A stretch of DNA of 64,000 nucleotides from Puccinia triticina (Eukaryota): contig CP110440.1 in the NCBI GenBank assembly GCA_026914245.1, forward strand, positions 186,001 to 250,000. Direction: 5' to 3'. The notes beneath the pieces are model-generated. The model was not told the origin of the DNA, did not search any database, and worked only from the letters and a program-made list of their open reading frames with translations. Positions 24,192-35,897 of this stretch are shown in pieces. Made by a program: the position numbers and the translations under genes. Within the stretch, counting starts at the first letter, position 1. Each line of letters starts with the position of its first letter.

Positions 24192-27100
24192 ATGTACTCC
24201 CCGGTCGGCTCGGGTGATCGAGCCCCTGACGTCACGCACGGTCGAAGCCCCTGCCCCGGGCTCCACCACGGGGAACATGGCTCGCGACGAACCAGCAAGT
24301 TCAAGCAACTGCTGCAGCTGAACAACCCAAGTCATGCCAAGCGACGATTGCGATCTGTCGGTGAGTACTTCCAAATTCAACCTCGTTTCGACGTCCCTCA
24401 TGTTTCTTCTTGCCGCATTTTTCAGGGTATCCACTCCATTCTCAACGATGTGCTGGTTCGTGACTCTCAAGCCAGGCTCAAAGCGTTGCGTGAACTAAAA
24501 AACCTTCTGGCGAGGCCCTGCAACCAGGTAAGCAGATATCTCGACTTCGGAATGCGGACCATTAGCATGGCAGATAGCTCATCTTCTGGTGATTTATGAC
24601 TTATTCGGGTCATAGGATGATTTTCCAGACTCTACCCGCGTGAACCTGGCGAACTCAATCTTGACCTTTCCAGTCACGGCAAAACTTGCCTCCCAAGTTC
24701 TCCTACAAATCATCAGTAATTCGTCTCCGATCATCTTGAGTCAACAATCCCAGTCCATCGTCCAGCCAGTACTCTCATCACTCTCCTCGGCTACCCAACA
24801 TCTACATTCAATACCTAGCAAAGATCAATTGGTCAAAATAATATATCTCATCCGAATCTTAACAACCATGATCGCTAAAGCCGGATCTTGTGCCCTCATC
24901 AATTTAACTGATCAAATCGATTGTATTCAACGCTGCTATCAACCAATCACACCCAACCAACTCTCTCATCCCCCAGAACGAATCGTCTTAGGTTCACAGA
25001 CTCATCAACGAAATCTCACTTCTCGAGCTCCTAGAATACATCCTCAATCCTCAGACTCGGAGACAAATTCAGAAGGTGAGGGGACTAGGATCCCTAACAC
25101 CGATGTGCAGGCCGTTCAATCTCGCCTCGACGCCTTAAATTATTTGCGAACAATCGCACAATCAGATCCAAAAGCTTTATATCCGTTCTGGCCTCAGTTG
25201 CTCCCAGCTCATGAATACAGAACCCAACAACCTTACACCCTCCTCAATGTAGTTGAACGTGACTGCCAGCTCATGGTTCGCCTGAGGGCATGTAGTGTCA
25301 TGAAAATGATGCTCGATGGCGCAGGGGCTTATATGGCTATTGCTGAAGAAAAGTTGAGCTGCTTATGATTGTGATCGAATGAATTGCTCTTATAAGCCCA
25401 GGTCAATTTAGGAGAACTGATCCTCTGCCAATCCAGTAACTTGAGGGTTTCCTACATTTCCTTATCCGCCAAAATTGCGTCAATTACCATAGAACTTCAT
25501 CGCCGATTGGGTTGCCTTCTGCACGCACCGGTAGTTGCGCCTGCGCTGACCAAAGAACTCTTGGAAGTGAGTTTTCAGCAAACTCGCCGCATTTCTGCTG
25601 GCTTACTGCCAGAATCTGACATGTACCTTTTCCAGGTCTGTGAGGCTTTGAACGTTGTTTCTGCTTACCACCGTATATCTACACCCATCCTGGGTCCTTT
25701 CTTGAAGCCCATAATTGGTCTACTCACATCGGGTGGTGAGTCGGTAGAGCTCAACATTGATGGAAGCCAAGAGGCTGCATATTCCAGTTTTGGAGTTAAA
25801 GAAAATTTCCGTACTAGATTCCGAGATCAACATTCAGTCAAGGAAAACATTGACTACCATACTTAAGCACTTAGCGTCAATGTCCAAGTCCTCCGCGTTA
25901 GATCACAAACTCCTCATCGACGAGATCACCACGATTGGATGTGAATGTCTCCTTTCAGAACTGAATAAAACCTCCGTTTTGCTATGGGGCGATTTGCTCA
26001 GGACTTCTTTGCAATTTGTCAATTGGAATGAGAATTTGATTGAAAAAGTGTGAGCATTTTAAATATTTGTTAGATTACCCGCGGTATTTGATATTGCTGC
26101 CATATCAAAATACGCTATTGGCTCCTTGTAAAACAGGGGTTAAATTTACATCGTCGCGTTTTTCTGAGGGTTGTTAGGAGCTGACGACCCATTTCCGTTT
26201 CAGCTTGAAACTTCATAGTCTCTTTGAGGAGATCCCTGACGATGAAGAAGAACTGAGAAGCAAACTTTTCCTTATCGCGTCGCTCATCGTATTCTTTCCT
26301 GGAATGAGGTTCGATGACACCTATATTAAGTGGGTGAGGGCTCGCCTTGTTGAAGTCGGACTGGATTCGCTGGATTTTGTGGTCAATGGTAAAAGCAAAA
26401 GAAACTTGACACATATTTTCAATACCATTGTCTGGGACCTGCAAGCCGTCTGGGATGATATTCGTGCCATACGGCTCTTGGGAATCATTGTCTCCAAAAG
26501 GTGTATCAGTCAACCACTGGTACGAGTTGTGTTCCTCAACTCTTGAACCAAAATATCTCATCACTCCTCGATTCAAACATTGTCTAAAACACTGATGGCT
26601 GAAATGATTTCTTTTAGGAGTTAGTTACAAAAGTCACCTTTTATTTGTTGTGCTATTTTCAAAACATCCCGACAGAAAATAATCCAGACGAGAATGATGT
26701 TTCAACTCACACCTGGACGTTGGCCAACTGCTTGGATACGATCAATGAATATCTTAATGGGTTAATCATCTTACCACTTTCTATCCCCGCCCCTACACTA
26801 ATGCCGCCTTTTTTTTTCGAACTTGCTGCATCTTCAAGACAAGCTTCAAATCCACCATTTGACCTCAGCTTTTGGATGGGAATCCTTCATGTTACACGGC
26901 GTCTACTATCCAGAGGAGGCTCTTCCAACACGGTAATCAGCATCATTCTTTCTCTTCCAAAGTTGATGCCGCATTGCGGCTTGTAGCTGACCACCGAACA
27001 GCTTAAAACAAACAGTGTTAGGATAATTGGTGTAGCGGTTTGTCAACTGCCGATCAAAAAACCCCTTCCTGTCGAGCTTGAAGATGCGGTAAACAAAGCT

Positions 27101-27738
27101 TTAGAGAAAGCGTTTGAATTCCTGGGTGCCACACTTCCTAAGGTGCGTAAACATTTCGGCGTGGTAAATCTTCTTGTGCTTCGAGAGATAACAAGGTCAT
27201 TTGTCTAGGTTCAATGGAACGCGGCAAGCTCTCTACGGCAAATACTGATTGCGCTTAGCGATGGTCCGGTAGAGCCAGATGGGCAGGCGTCAGATATAAA
27301 AAGTCGCATATGCGAGAGGTTGAGTGATACTCTGGAAAGTAGCAGTTCATTCAAAGTTCGCATTCAAGTCTGTCTAGCATTACAGGTTGTTCAACATGAT
27401 TTATCAGGTGGGTTCCACTCAAATCAAGCTAGTTGGAGATATTATAGGCCTCACAAAGTTTGGTTGCTCTTTGACAGCTCAAATCTTGAGGTCGATTGCG
27501 AAAACCAAACAAAAACTAGACGATGAATTCGGTAAGAAACAAATACCTAACAAGGAGGCCGACCATGCTGAACGGCTGCAACTTGAAGTTAGTAATTCAC
27601 GGATCTTCAATGTACACTTTTCAATTGTTTTTTGGTTTCAAAAATTTGATTGTTGGTATCTTCTCCTGTCGCTATTGGCATCGAACTTATTCTGCATTGA
27701 ATGATGTCAACGAAAAAGATTGGCAAGTTGCTAGTTGA
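24192..27738 (+). CDS. HEAT-repeat protein, HEATR6/DUF4042-like
   Basis: VRLRACSVMKMMLDGAGAYMAIAEE...SYISLSAKIASITIELHRRL (DUF4042-like), KVQWNAASSL and SSFKVRIQVCLAL resemble HEATR6 motifs. Many short introns. Confidence 0.7.
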
Positions 27739-27789
27739 CATCACTTCAGAAACACCAGGGTGAATTGTAACTGTAACGCAAAACATGCT

Positions 27790-28226
27790 GGGAACGGAGA
27801 TCAGGACCCCAGCAAGCATCTGCTGAACCGGCTTGTGTATAAACCGGTAGCAAAACACTTTTTTTTCCAAAATGATGCTCATGAAAAATTGCAATTTGGT
27901 AGCAATTTCAGTTTTTTTTAACTGACGTAATCATTTAGCTGCTCAGAGTTGGTAGCAGAGGTGCTTCAGCCTCAGGTCAGAGAAAAATGTACTGATCAGC
28001 AGGCCGAAAAAAGTTGTAAAAAATTGAAAATGGCCGAAAATCAAACATTTCATGAAGGGGATGAAGATTACATTTGCAAACAAACTCAAGTCATGTAAAT
28101 GGTATCAAAAATGGATTTTCAAGCACAAAACCCAATTTTTCCCCCTAGCAAAAGTGCATTTTGGCCCATATTTACATGAGCCGGTTCAATAGAGGCTTGA
28201 CGGGGTCCTCGGAGATCCCAGTTCCC
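27790..28226. mobile_element. MITE-like element with imperfect terminal inverted repeats
   Basis: GGGAACGGAGATC..GGACCCC at left vs GGGGTCC..GATCCCAGTTCCC at right; internal TGAACCGGCTT vs GAGCCGGTTCA. No clean TSD seen. Confidence 0.5.
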
Positions 28227-28492
28227 AAAAACTCAGACTTTTAACAGATCTGAATGAAGATCTTTCTCTCCTGTAACCTCATCACAAATCCATGATGTTC
28301 CTACAGTAATACTAGCAGTTTGAATAAAGGGGAGTGCATGTTGGAATATTACCACTACTGTGTTCTTAATCTCCATCCATACACATACTATGAAATGTTC
28401 TTGGTCCCAAAACTGCACCCCCAGTTGTCATACCATCTTGGCAGTAGTTCAGCAAGAATCAATATTAGTTGCAGTCCTTCCAAGTCGTCTCA

Positions 28493-28741
28493 GGCCCCAA
28501 TTATAAACATTTTTTTGAGATATTTTTGAAAATGAACTGAAAAGTATTTGAAAACAAAATGGAAACAAAATGAAAACATTTTTTTTTCCAAAAATGGTTC
28601 AAACACACCTCCTGGGTGTATTTGAGTGCATCTGCAGTATTTTTGAAATTCAAAAGATTTCAAAAAAAAGTTCAATTTCTTTTTTGGGCAAGTTCAAAAA
28701 CTTTTCAAAAATATCTCAAAATAGTGTTTATAATTGGGGCC
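28493..28741. mobile_element. Tourist/PIF-Harbinger-like MITE (249 bp)
   Basis: TIRs GGCCCCAATTATAAACA.TTTTTTGAGATATTTTTGAAA and its reverse complement; 3-bp TSD TCA at 28490-28492 and 28742-28744. Confidence 0.8.
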
Positions 28742-29058
28742 TCAATTAATCCAAGAGTTGAGGCTTCAGTCCCTCTACTGAGATTGTGTTTCCTTCTTGT
28801 TTTAGCTTTGTGTTTTCAAAGTGAGGACGGGAAGGTGGGGCTGTGATAGGTGTGTGACAGACTGTGCCCTGCTGAGCGAAGGCTGGGCTTACATAATCCC
28901 GGTGAGCCCTGCTGCCGACGGTTAACAGAACAAACAAGAAATCGAGCGAGAACTCAGAACGAAGGACGGAACGAAGGAGACGAGACCAGAGTCCAGAGTG
29001 AATACGCACGTCGGATAAATACAAACAACCGAAGAACAAAGACGGAAGAAGTGCCGAG

Positions 29059-31338
29059 ATGGATGCGAAGCACTCCTCCACTCTGCCGCCAGACGAGCCC
29101 CTGTTACCCAGCCACAACAACAGCCAAGACACCGACAAACGATGTCCGAGCGGGAAACTCAGGAACCCCAGCAATCGGGCTTGCCTCCTGCTTCTCATCG
29201 CCATCCCATCCTTGATCTGGTTCAGAGCCAGCAATCCCTCAAACTCTAGTCTGTCCAGCTCCTCATCGAACTGATTTCTTCCAGCCTCAGCTAATCAAAA
29301 CACCCACCCACCTACCCACACACACACACACACATTCGCTGCAGATCTGCCAAACTCATCCACCTTCAACCCTACCCACGAACGCAACCCTTCTTATCTG
29401 GTCTCTGGAAAGAATGGCGTGGTGTCAAGTGAGGAGGCTCGATGTTCTAGCATTGGGATTAACGGTAAGAGCATCATTCACTTCTTGTTGCAACTCAGTT
29501 ATGCATTTAGCATTGATTTGTGACTATTTGCTATTATCCAGTGTTGAAGGACAATGGTACTGCAACCGACGCAGCCATAGCTACCGCACTATGCGTTGGT
29601 GTCGTTAATTCCTTCTCATCAGGTATTGGCGGGGGTGGATTTATGATCATCAAACCACCGTCTGGATGTCAGAATCAATCAACAACCAACAAACCTTGCT
29701 CGCCTCAAACTCCAATCACCATTGACTTCAGAGAAACCATACCGGATGGAGATTTCTATGGGGCAGCGTTCTTAAAGGACCCTTCAAAGAGCGAAAAGGG
29801 CGGTTTGTCCATCGGAATACCCGGCGAACTGGCTGGCTTCGAAGCCGCTTATCGACAGTTTGGCGGCGGGGTCAGTTGGCAGAGGATCTTCCAGCCTTCG
29901 ATCGATCTCGCCAAAAACTTCCTCGTCGGTCCCGCCTTGGCTGATAAACTTATCAATTCACACTGGATGCGAAAAAAGCCAGAATGGCAATCAGTCTTCC
30001 AACCCAACCATCGACCAGCCAAAGTGGGAGATTGGATTCAGCGGCCGAGCTACGCACGTACACTTGAAATCATAGCCGAACAAGGTATTCATCCGTTTTA
30101 TCATGGGACGATCGCACAGCAGTTGGTCGAGACTATCAATCGTCACGGCGGTAAGGTCACCTTGGCGGACTTTGAAAACTATCAACCGATCATCGACCAA
30201 GCCATCAACACAACCTACCATGGCTACAATATCTGGACCACCGGACCACCCTCCTCAGGTGCGATACTATTGCACGCCATGAACATCCTCCAACGCTACT
30301 CCTTACACGACCATTCTCGAACCCCCCTGGCCGAACATAGGTTCATTGAATCGCTCAAGTACGCATTCTCAGCTCGTACCGAATTAGGCGACCCCAAGTT
30401 CATGAACTCGAGTGAATTGGCGCGGCTCGACCTGATCCAGTCCAAATCCTATGGCTTGAAAACCTCGCTGAAGATCAATGACACCCGGACTTACGACTAT
30501 TCGCATTACAAACCAAAGTATGACATTGTTGAGGATCATGGGACGACCCATTTGAGTGTCGTCGACCGCTTTGGCTCCGCCGTCTCACTCACCTCGACCG
30601 TCAACCTGAACTTCGGCTCGAACGTGATGGATCCGATCAATGGTGTAGTTCTCAACGATGAGAACGACGACTTTAGTATCAAGGGCCGGTCAAATGCCTT
30701 TGATCTATATTCCTCCCCCTTGAACTATCCGATCACCGGTAAACGGCCGGTTAGCTCGATGGCTCCCGTCATCGTCGATTATCTGCACCCACAATCCGAC
30801 TCACTCGAGCCAGAATTCTTCTGCGCTCTTGGTGCTAGTGGCGGCAGTCGTATCTTTAGTGCAGTCATTGGCACTTTCTTGAAATTGCTCTGGGGCTATG
30901 ACATATCTCACGCAATTGAAGATGCGCGACTGCATCACCAGCTGCTCCCGAATGAGGTCGGCTTGCCATTCGGCCTTATCTTAATATGCCGGTTATCAAG
31001 CGTCTGGATTTCTGACTCGGATTTTCTTGACTATCTAGGTTTACGTTGAAACCAGTTATCGATCCGATTTCTTGGATTCTTTGAAGTCCAAAGGTCACAA
31101 CATCACGATGATTGACATCTTCTACGGCAGAGCGTGGGTCTTTCTGCCTCTTCTTTCACATCTCTGCATACAACTATCCGAATCTGACTTGACTTTTTCA
31201 ATCATCTGCTAACTACGTCGATATGATGGCTATGTGCTTGTTTGTAGAGCTGTCCAAGGAATTCACAAGCCGTTATCCCAAGCTACTATGTTCGGCTCTG
31301 GCGATAGTCGAAAGCACGGCGTACCAGATGCGTATTGA
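29059..31338 (+). CDS. GGT: Gamma-glutamyltranspeptidase / glutathione hydrolase, paralog 1
   Basis: GTATDAAIATALCVGVVNSFSSGIGGGGFM, IDFRET, GTTHLSVVD (Thr nucleophile), NDENDDFS, KRPVSSMAP, GASGGSRI, RLHHQLLP, GDSRKHGVPDAY*. N-terminal hydrophobic anchor in exon 1. Confidence 0.92.
29317..29333 (+). repeat. (CA)n microsatellite in GGT1 intron
   Basis: CACACACACACACACA visible directly. Confidence 0.8.
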
Positions 31339-31745
31339 GCTCCCCCAACACCATCACTAAATAATTATCAATGCACTCTCTTCAGATCCGCAATCCCACC
31401 CTTCTTTTTCATTATGTAAACCGGAGTTGTTTTCGTCATTTGGATAGATACGCGTCTCTTTATCTTGGACACCCTACACATTTGACCTACTCTTTCTTTT
31501 CATCACTATTTTTGGTTGCATTCAGATCCCTTGTTTTCTTACATACATCGTCTCTTTCCACAAACATAGATTTTTTTTCTCCCTCTCCCTCTCTCTCTCA
31601 TGCATGGATCTTTCTTCTTTCATTCATTCATCTATCTATCAGTCATAAGTATACGCAAAAGTGGATCGGAGTCAGCAAATTGTATCATGTATTTCTAGCG
31701 TTTGGTTGACTGGTGTTTGGTCGAGTTGGTTGATGTTTGAGTATT

Positions 31746-31890
31746 GGAGGACTTCCCGCCGATCTGAAACCCAGATTTTCCCAGATTTTGCAGGGAAATC
31801 TAGGCAGATCTAGGATTTGGGATGATTGAGCCCAGATTTCCCCGCAAAATCTGGAAAAATCTGAGTTCCCAGATTGACAGGAAGTCCTCC
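31746..31890. mobile_element. MITE, GGAGGACTTCC TIR family (ANT TSD)
   Basis: TIR GGAGGACTTCC...GGAAGTCCTCC; TSD ATT at 31743-45 and 31891-93. Confidence 0.85.
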
Positions 31891-31920
31891 ATTCTCATAT
31901 GGTGTGACAAAATGTCCTAG

Positions 31921-33243
31921 CAACAATGGGCCTTTACTATACAGATATTGGTATAGTATTGTTATTGTTTTTTTTTGATCCAATAACAGTACTGTTATTT
32001 CCATTTCCTGTAATGGATATTTAATACTATATCCAATTACATGAGGATTTTTTGTTTTGGAAGATACTATATCCAAATGAAGGAAGAAAAAAAAACTCAA
32101 TACTATACTGGCCAGATGTGGCCAGTACCAATAATCAGTAGGGATGAAAATCTATCTATTTCTTGAGCTTGGGGATCAGACTCAGAGCACCCAAAGCCTT
32201 TCTGGCCTCAGCAAAGTCCCTAACTTAACTAAGTCCCTCTCTATGTGGAGGGGGGACGCCGTCCCGCAGGGACCCTCCGAAGGAGGGACTTATGCGAACC
32301 TTGTGGCCTGAGAGAATTTCAAAAATGCTGTTTTTTGATGTTTTGTAGCAGCACCAATTCTTGTTGGCTGATTAGGTGTTGGGGGAACAAAAGATGCAGA
32401 AGACCATGGAAAATCTTCCTACATATTTTTCAAATTTTTTGAAGCCTTGAGTGGCACTCAAATTACTTTTTTATGACCACCATCATGTCTACTTCATCCT
32501 TCATTACACATCTTGCACTGTACAGGATCCAAAACTAATGATATTACAAAGGGTATTGCAGATCAAAGAAAAGGGATGGGGGGAGATGGAAATAGTACAT
32601 AGATGGGGACAGCTTGGGTGGCCCCAGAAATGAAAACTAGAAGGAATTTGGTCTAGAGACCCATGTGCTATGTTGATTATAAAAAAGTGCCCACCAAAAG
32701 TTGAAATTCTCTCAGGCCGCGGGGTTGACATAGCGCGTAAGTCCCTCCTTTGGAGGTCGCTTTGCTCCCCCAAGGAGGGAAATTAGCTAAGTTAGGCAAA
32801 GTCCCCTGAGAGGAGAAAATCCTCACAAAGCCACATAAGGCTGCTGAAGGATTGTGAAATAGTTGAAGGGAACAAACAACCACATCTGCAGCGGCAGATA
32901 TCAATCTCTCAATGGAACAAGAGCTACCCAGCATTCCTAAATAAGCCCGTTCTATTACCACAAGGACCAGGTAGGTGGCATGGTTTGCCTGTACAATCAT
33001 CAGGAGCCCACATGTCATTGCCTTATGTTTACACCTGGTTGATTGTGTTATCACAGTAACCAGGGGCAAAAAAAGCTACTAAACCTGTATTTTTTGTTTC
33101 AGAAAAAAAACACAGAATACTATACAGGCCACTTGCAGCAAGGGTAAATATTAGTACAGCTATTAGTATAAGGTGGTACACCCAGACCTATACACTAACA
33201 GAAAGGCCCGGTTATCATAAAGTATAGTATAGGCCCATTACTG
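31921..33243. mobile_element. Non-autonomous TIR element hosting the 32220-32795 MITE
   Basis: Imperfect TIR CAACAATGGGCCTTTACTATAC / GTATAGTATAGGCCCATTACTG, flanked by the direct repeat GTCCTAG. Confidence 0.55.
32220..32795. mobile_element. MITE, CTAACTTA TIR family (9-bp TSD)
   Basis: TIR CTAACTTAACTAAGTCCCTC / GAGGGAAATTAGCTAAGTTAG; exact TSD GCAAAGTCC at 32211-19 and 32796-804. Confidence 0.85.
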
Positions 33244-34053
33244 GTCCTAGCAATCCACAAATTCCAAGCTGCCCTTTGGGCACTTGCCAGCAAAAAACCT
33301 TCCTGGTGGGTATGTAGACTAGGACTGAGGTGTTCTAACAGGATAATACTCACCCCAAAATTGAGCATACATACCTTGCTGCTTGGTGCTGGAGGAAACT
33401 TTCTCAACTGGCAGGGACAAGGTCCTTATTGAGGAGGAATCCTCCCCGGCACACTTTTGCACATGTACCCATCATCTGGGGAGTTCCTCTTTGGCAAGGA
33501 TTCATACAGGGACCTCATATCTTCTCACCAGAGAAAACCTCACTGGAAAGTGGGCACACCTCCTTAATAGCCCACTTGAGTTGCTGACAGGCAATCCGCT
33601 TGCCAGCAATTTCATCTTCCTCAAGAAGGAACCCTTTTGTCTCTTCTTTGAAGGACATTGGCCCCGGCAAGCGGATACACAATGTAGCAAGGTGTCTGCT
33701 TGCTGGTGTTGTCTTCTTTGTTGAGAAGATGATCCTTGTACCTTCTTGCCATTCTTGCCAGAGGGAATGGCAACAGAATTACTCTTACATAACATATTTT
33801 TATCAATGGTAACAGCTACATAAGGATTAAACTTGTCATTATTCAATTTGATGGACTTGTTGTTGCTACAACATGGGTGAAGTGCATCAAAATGATGTCA
33901 ATCAGAAACCAAAATGGTTTTGGTTTGCCTGCCTCCAAGGGCAGACTGTCCCTTGACAGTTGGCAATTCACCAGAAAGGAATCTGAAAAATTCCTGTTTG
34001 GAATTCCAGATTTATTTTGGATTGCCAACCTGTTTCCAAATTGCTTTCAATTG

Positions 34054-34269
34054 CACTGCCAACATAATTGGGTGGGCTGAATTTATCCCAGTTAAACTGG
34101 GATGCATACAACCAATTTAAGATTGTTTGATTTCAACTGATGAAATATAAATCCCAGGTACCCCCCTTGGGTTCATATTTCATTGGTTGAGATCAACTCA
34201 TTTTAAATTGGTTGAATGCATCCCAGTTAAACTGAGAAAGCTTCAACCCAGCCAATTATGCTGGCAATG
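34054..34269. mobile_element. Palindromic MITE with CAC- termini and apparent 5-bp TSD
   Basis: CACTGCCAACATAATTGG...CCAATTATGCTGGCAATG with long imperfect inverted arms; AATTG on both flanks (34049-53, 34270-74). Confidence 0.65.
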
Positions 34270-35897
34270 AATTGCAATCACGAGTTGCTCTGGGACTCTA
34301 CACGCTGCCAAAGGTTCAAAATGAGTGACCAGAAAGTTACATGGGTAAAAGAGGGGATTGAACCAGCAAGCCACTGCTGATCCATGCCACATGAAATAAT
34401 TGACAGCTACTACCACTTGCAAACTGGTGTGGTTTTCTCTGCAGCCACACCTAGTGGTTTTCCAGCAGAACTTGTGTCGCGCGGCCCCCAGAAACCTCAG
34501 CTGCATATCATTTGGGGTGAGTGTACCTTGATGACTGGAGCTGACCGGTCATCAAGGCAGGAAAAATCCAGAAAAACAACCGGAATGAGATTGTGGTCTG
34601 TTTCATGGAATGAAGTCAAATGAATTTCAGCTTCATTCCAATGCAGCCCCATTTTTTTGAGTTTGGGTTTCACCCAAATTTTGATTGGAATGATTCCGGT
34701 CCTTCAAGCATACCAAAAGCTTTCCAATTTCTTTTTGATTCTTTGCACCATCCATTAAATTTTCAGGACTGAAACTCTAAAACCTCACCTGTCATGTAAT
34801 TTTTGAACTGCCAAAGCAAGCCTCCCTCAGGAGGGACTTCCACTGTACCTTCCCAAAATCGCACACAAAGATTGAGCTTTTCATGCCTGTTTTGACTATC
34901 TTTGTTGTACACTTTTCATAATATAAATTTCTGATATCTTTTTTGGCTGCTTGTCAGCGCGACATCTACATATAACTAAAGAAATGGCCTCAGGCTTTGG
35001 GGGCCAAACAAATCAGTACAAATATCTGTCATGCAAGTAACACCGGTGTTGATGCTCTGCTTTTGTATTAACCACCTCCACATGGTCATGAACAGAACCT
35101 TCAATTTTCAATCTATGGCCTGTCCCCAAGTCCGTTTGAGCAGACTCAACATTTATTACTTCACACCCCCTGGAGCCCCAAATTTGGGGGCTATTGCCTT
35201 GTGCTATGTATTCAAAAGCCTTGTATTTTTTCATCTGTATGTACTGCCACACATATTCTCTGAGGAGTTAAACAAGCCAAGATACTAAAAAGTAACAGAC
35301 TTGTTGAGGTAGATCTGTTACCTGTTACAATGTGGTCAATGTAGAATTGAGAAAACCCCATGACAGCTAAGACAGCTGAGTTTTTGATGTTTTTTTAAGA
35401 GGTGGGGCAGGTAGAAATGTGACATGAAAGTGCATCAAAAATTAGCCAAGATGTATGGCTTTCAGATTATCCAAAAACTTTGGTGGAAACACCGGGGGTT
35501 ATGGAGCTATAGCAACATTTGTTGGGGAGTTGGTTTTTGGCCGTTGCTCTCAGCCCTAAATCACCGATACCGCATAAGTCCCTCCGGTGGAGGCGCTTCG
35601 CGCCTCCAACTTCGGACTTAGTTAAGTTAGAGAAGTCCCTCTGGTGGAGGGGCGGATGTTCAAGTTTGCATCACACACCCAATGCTGCAAAATTAAAATG
35701 TAGGATTCTTGGTTTTAAGTTTTGTTCTCCTTGTGTGGTTTACATGTTCTGCATTTCTTAATCATATTGACTGCATATTAGTTTTACTTGGCATTAATTC
35801 GCTGCATTTCAGCTAGCTTTCCTTGACATTATCATCCAGCCAAATAAGAACAAAAAAGTAGGTAGCTTTGAGGTATAAACGTGTAAGGTGGTGCAGA

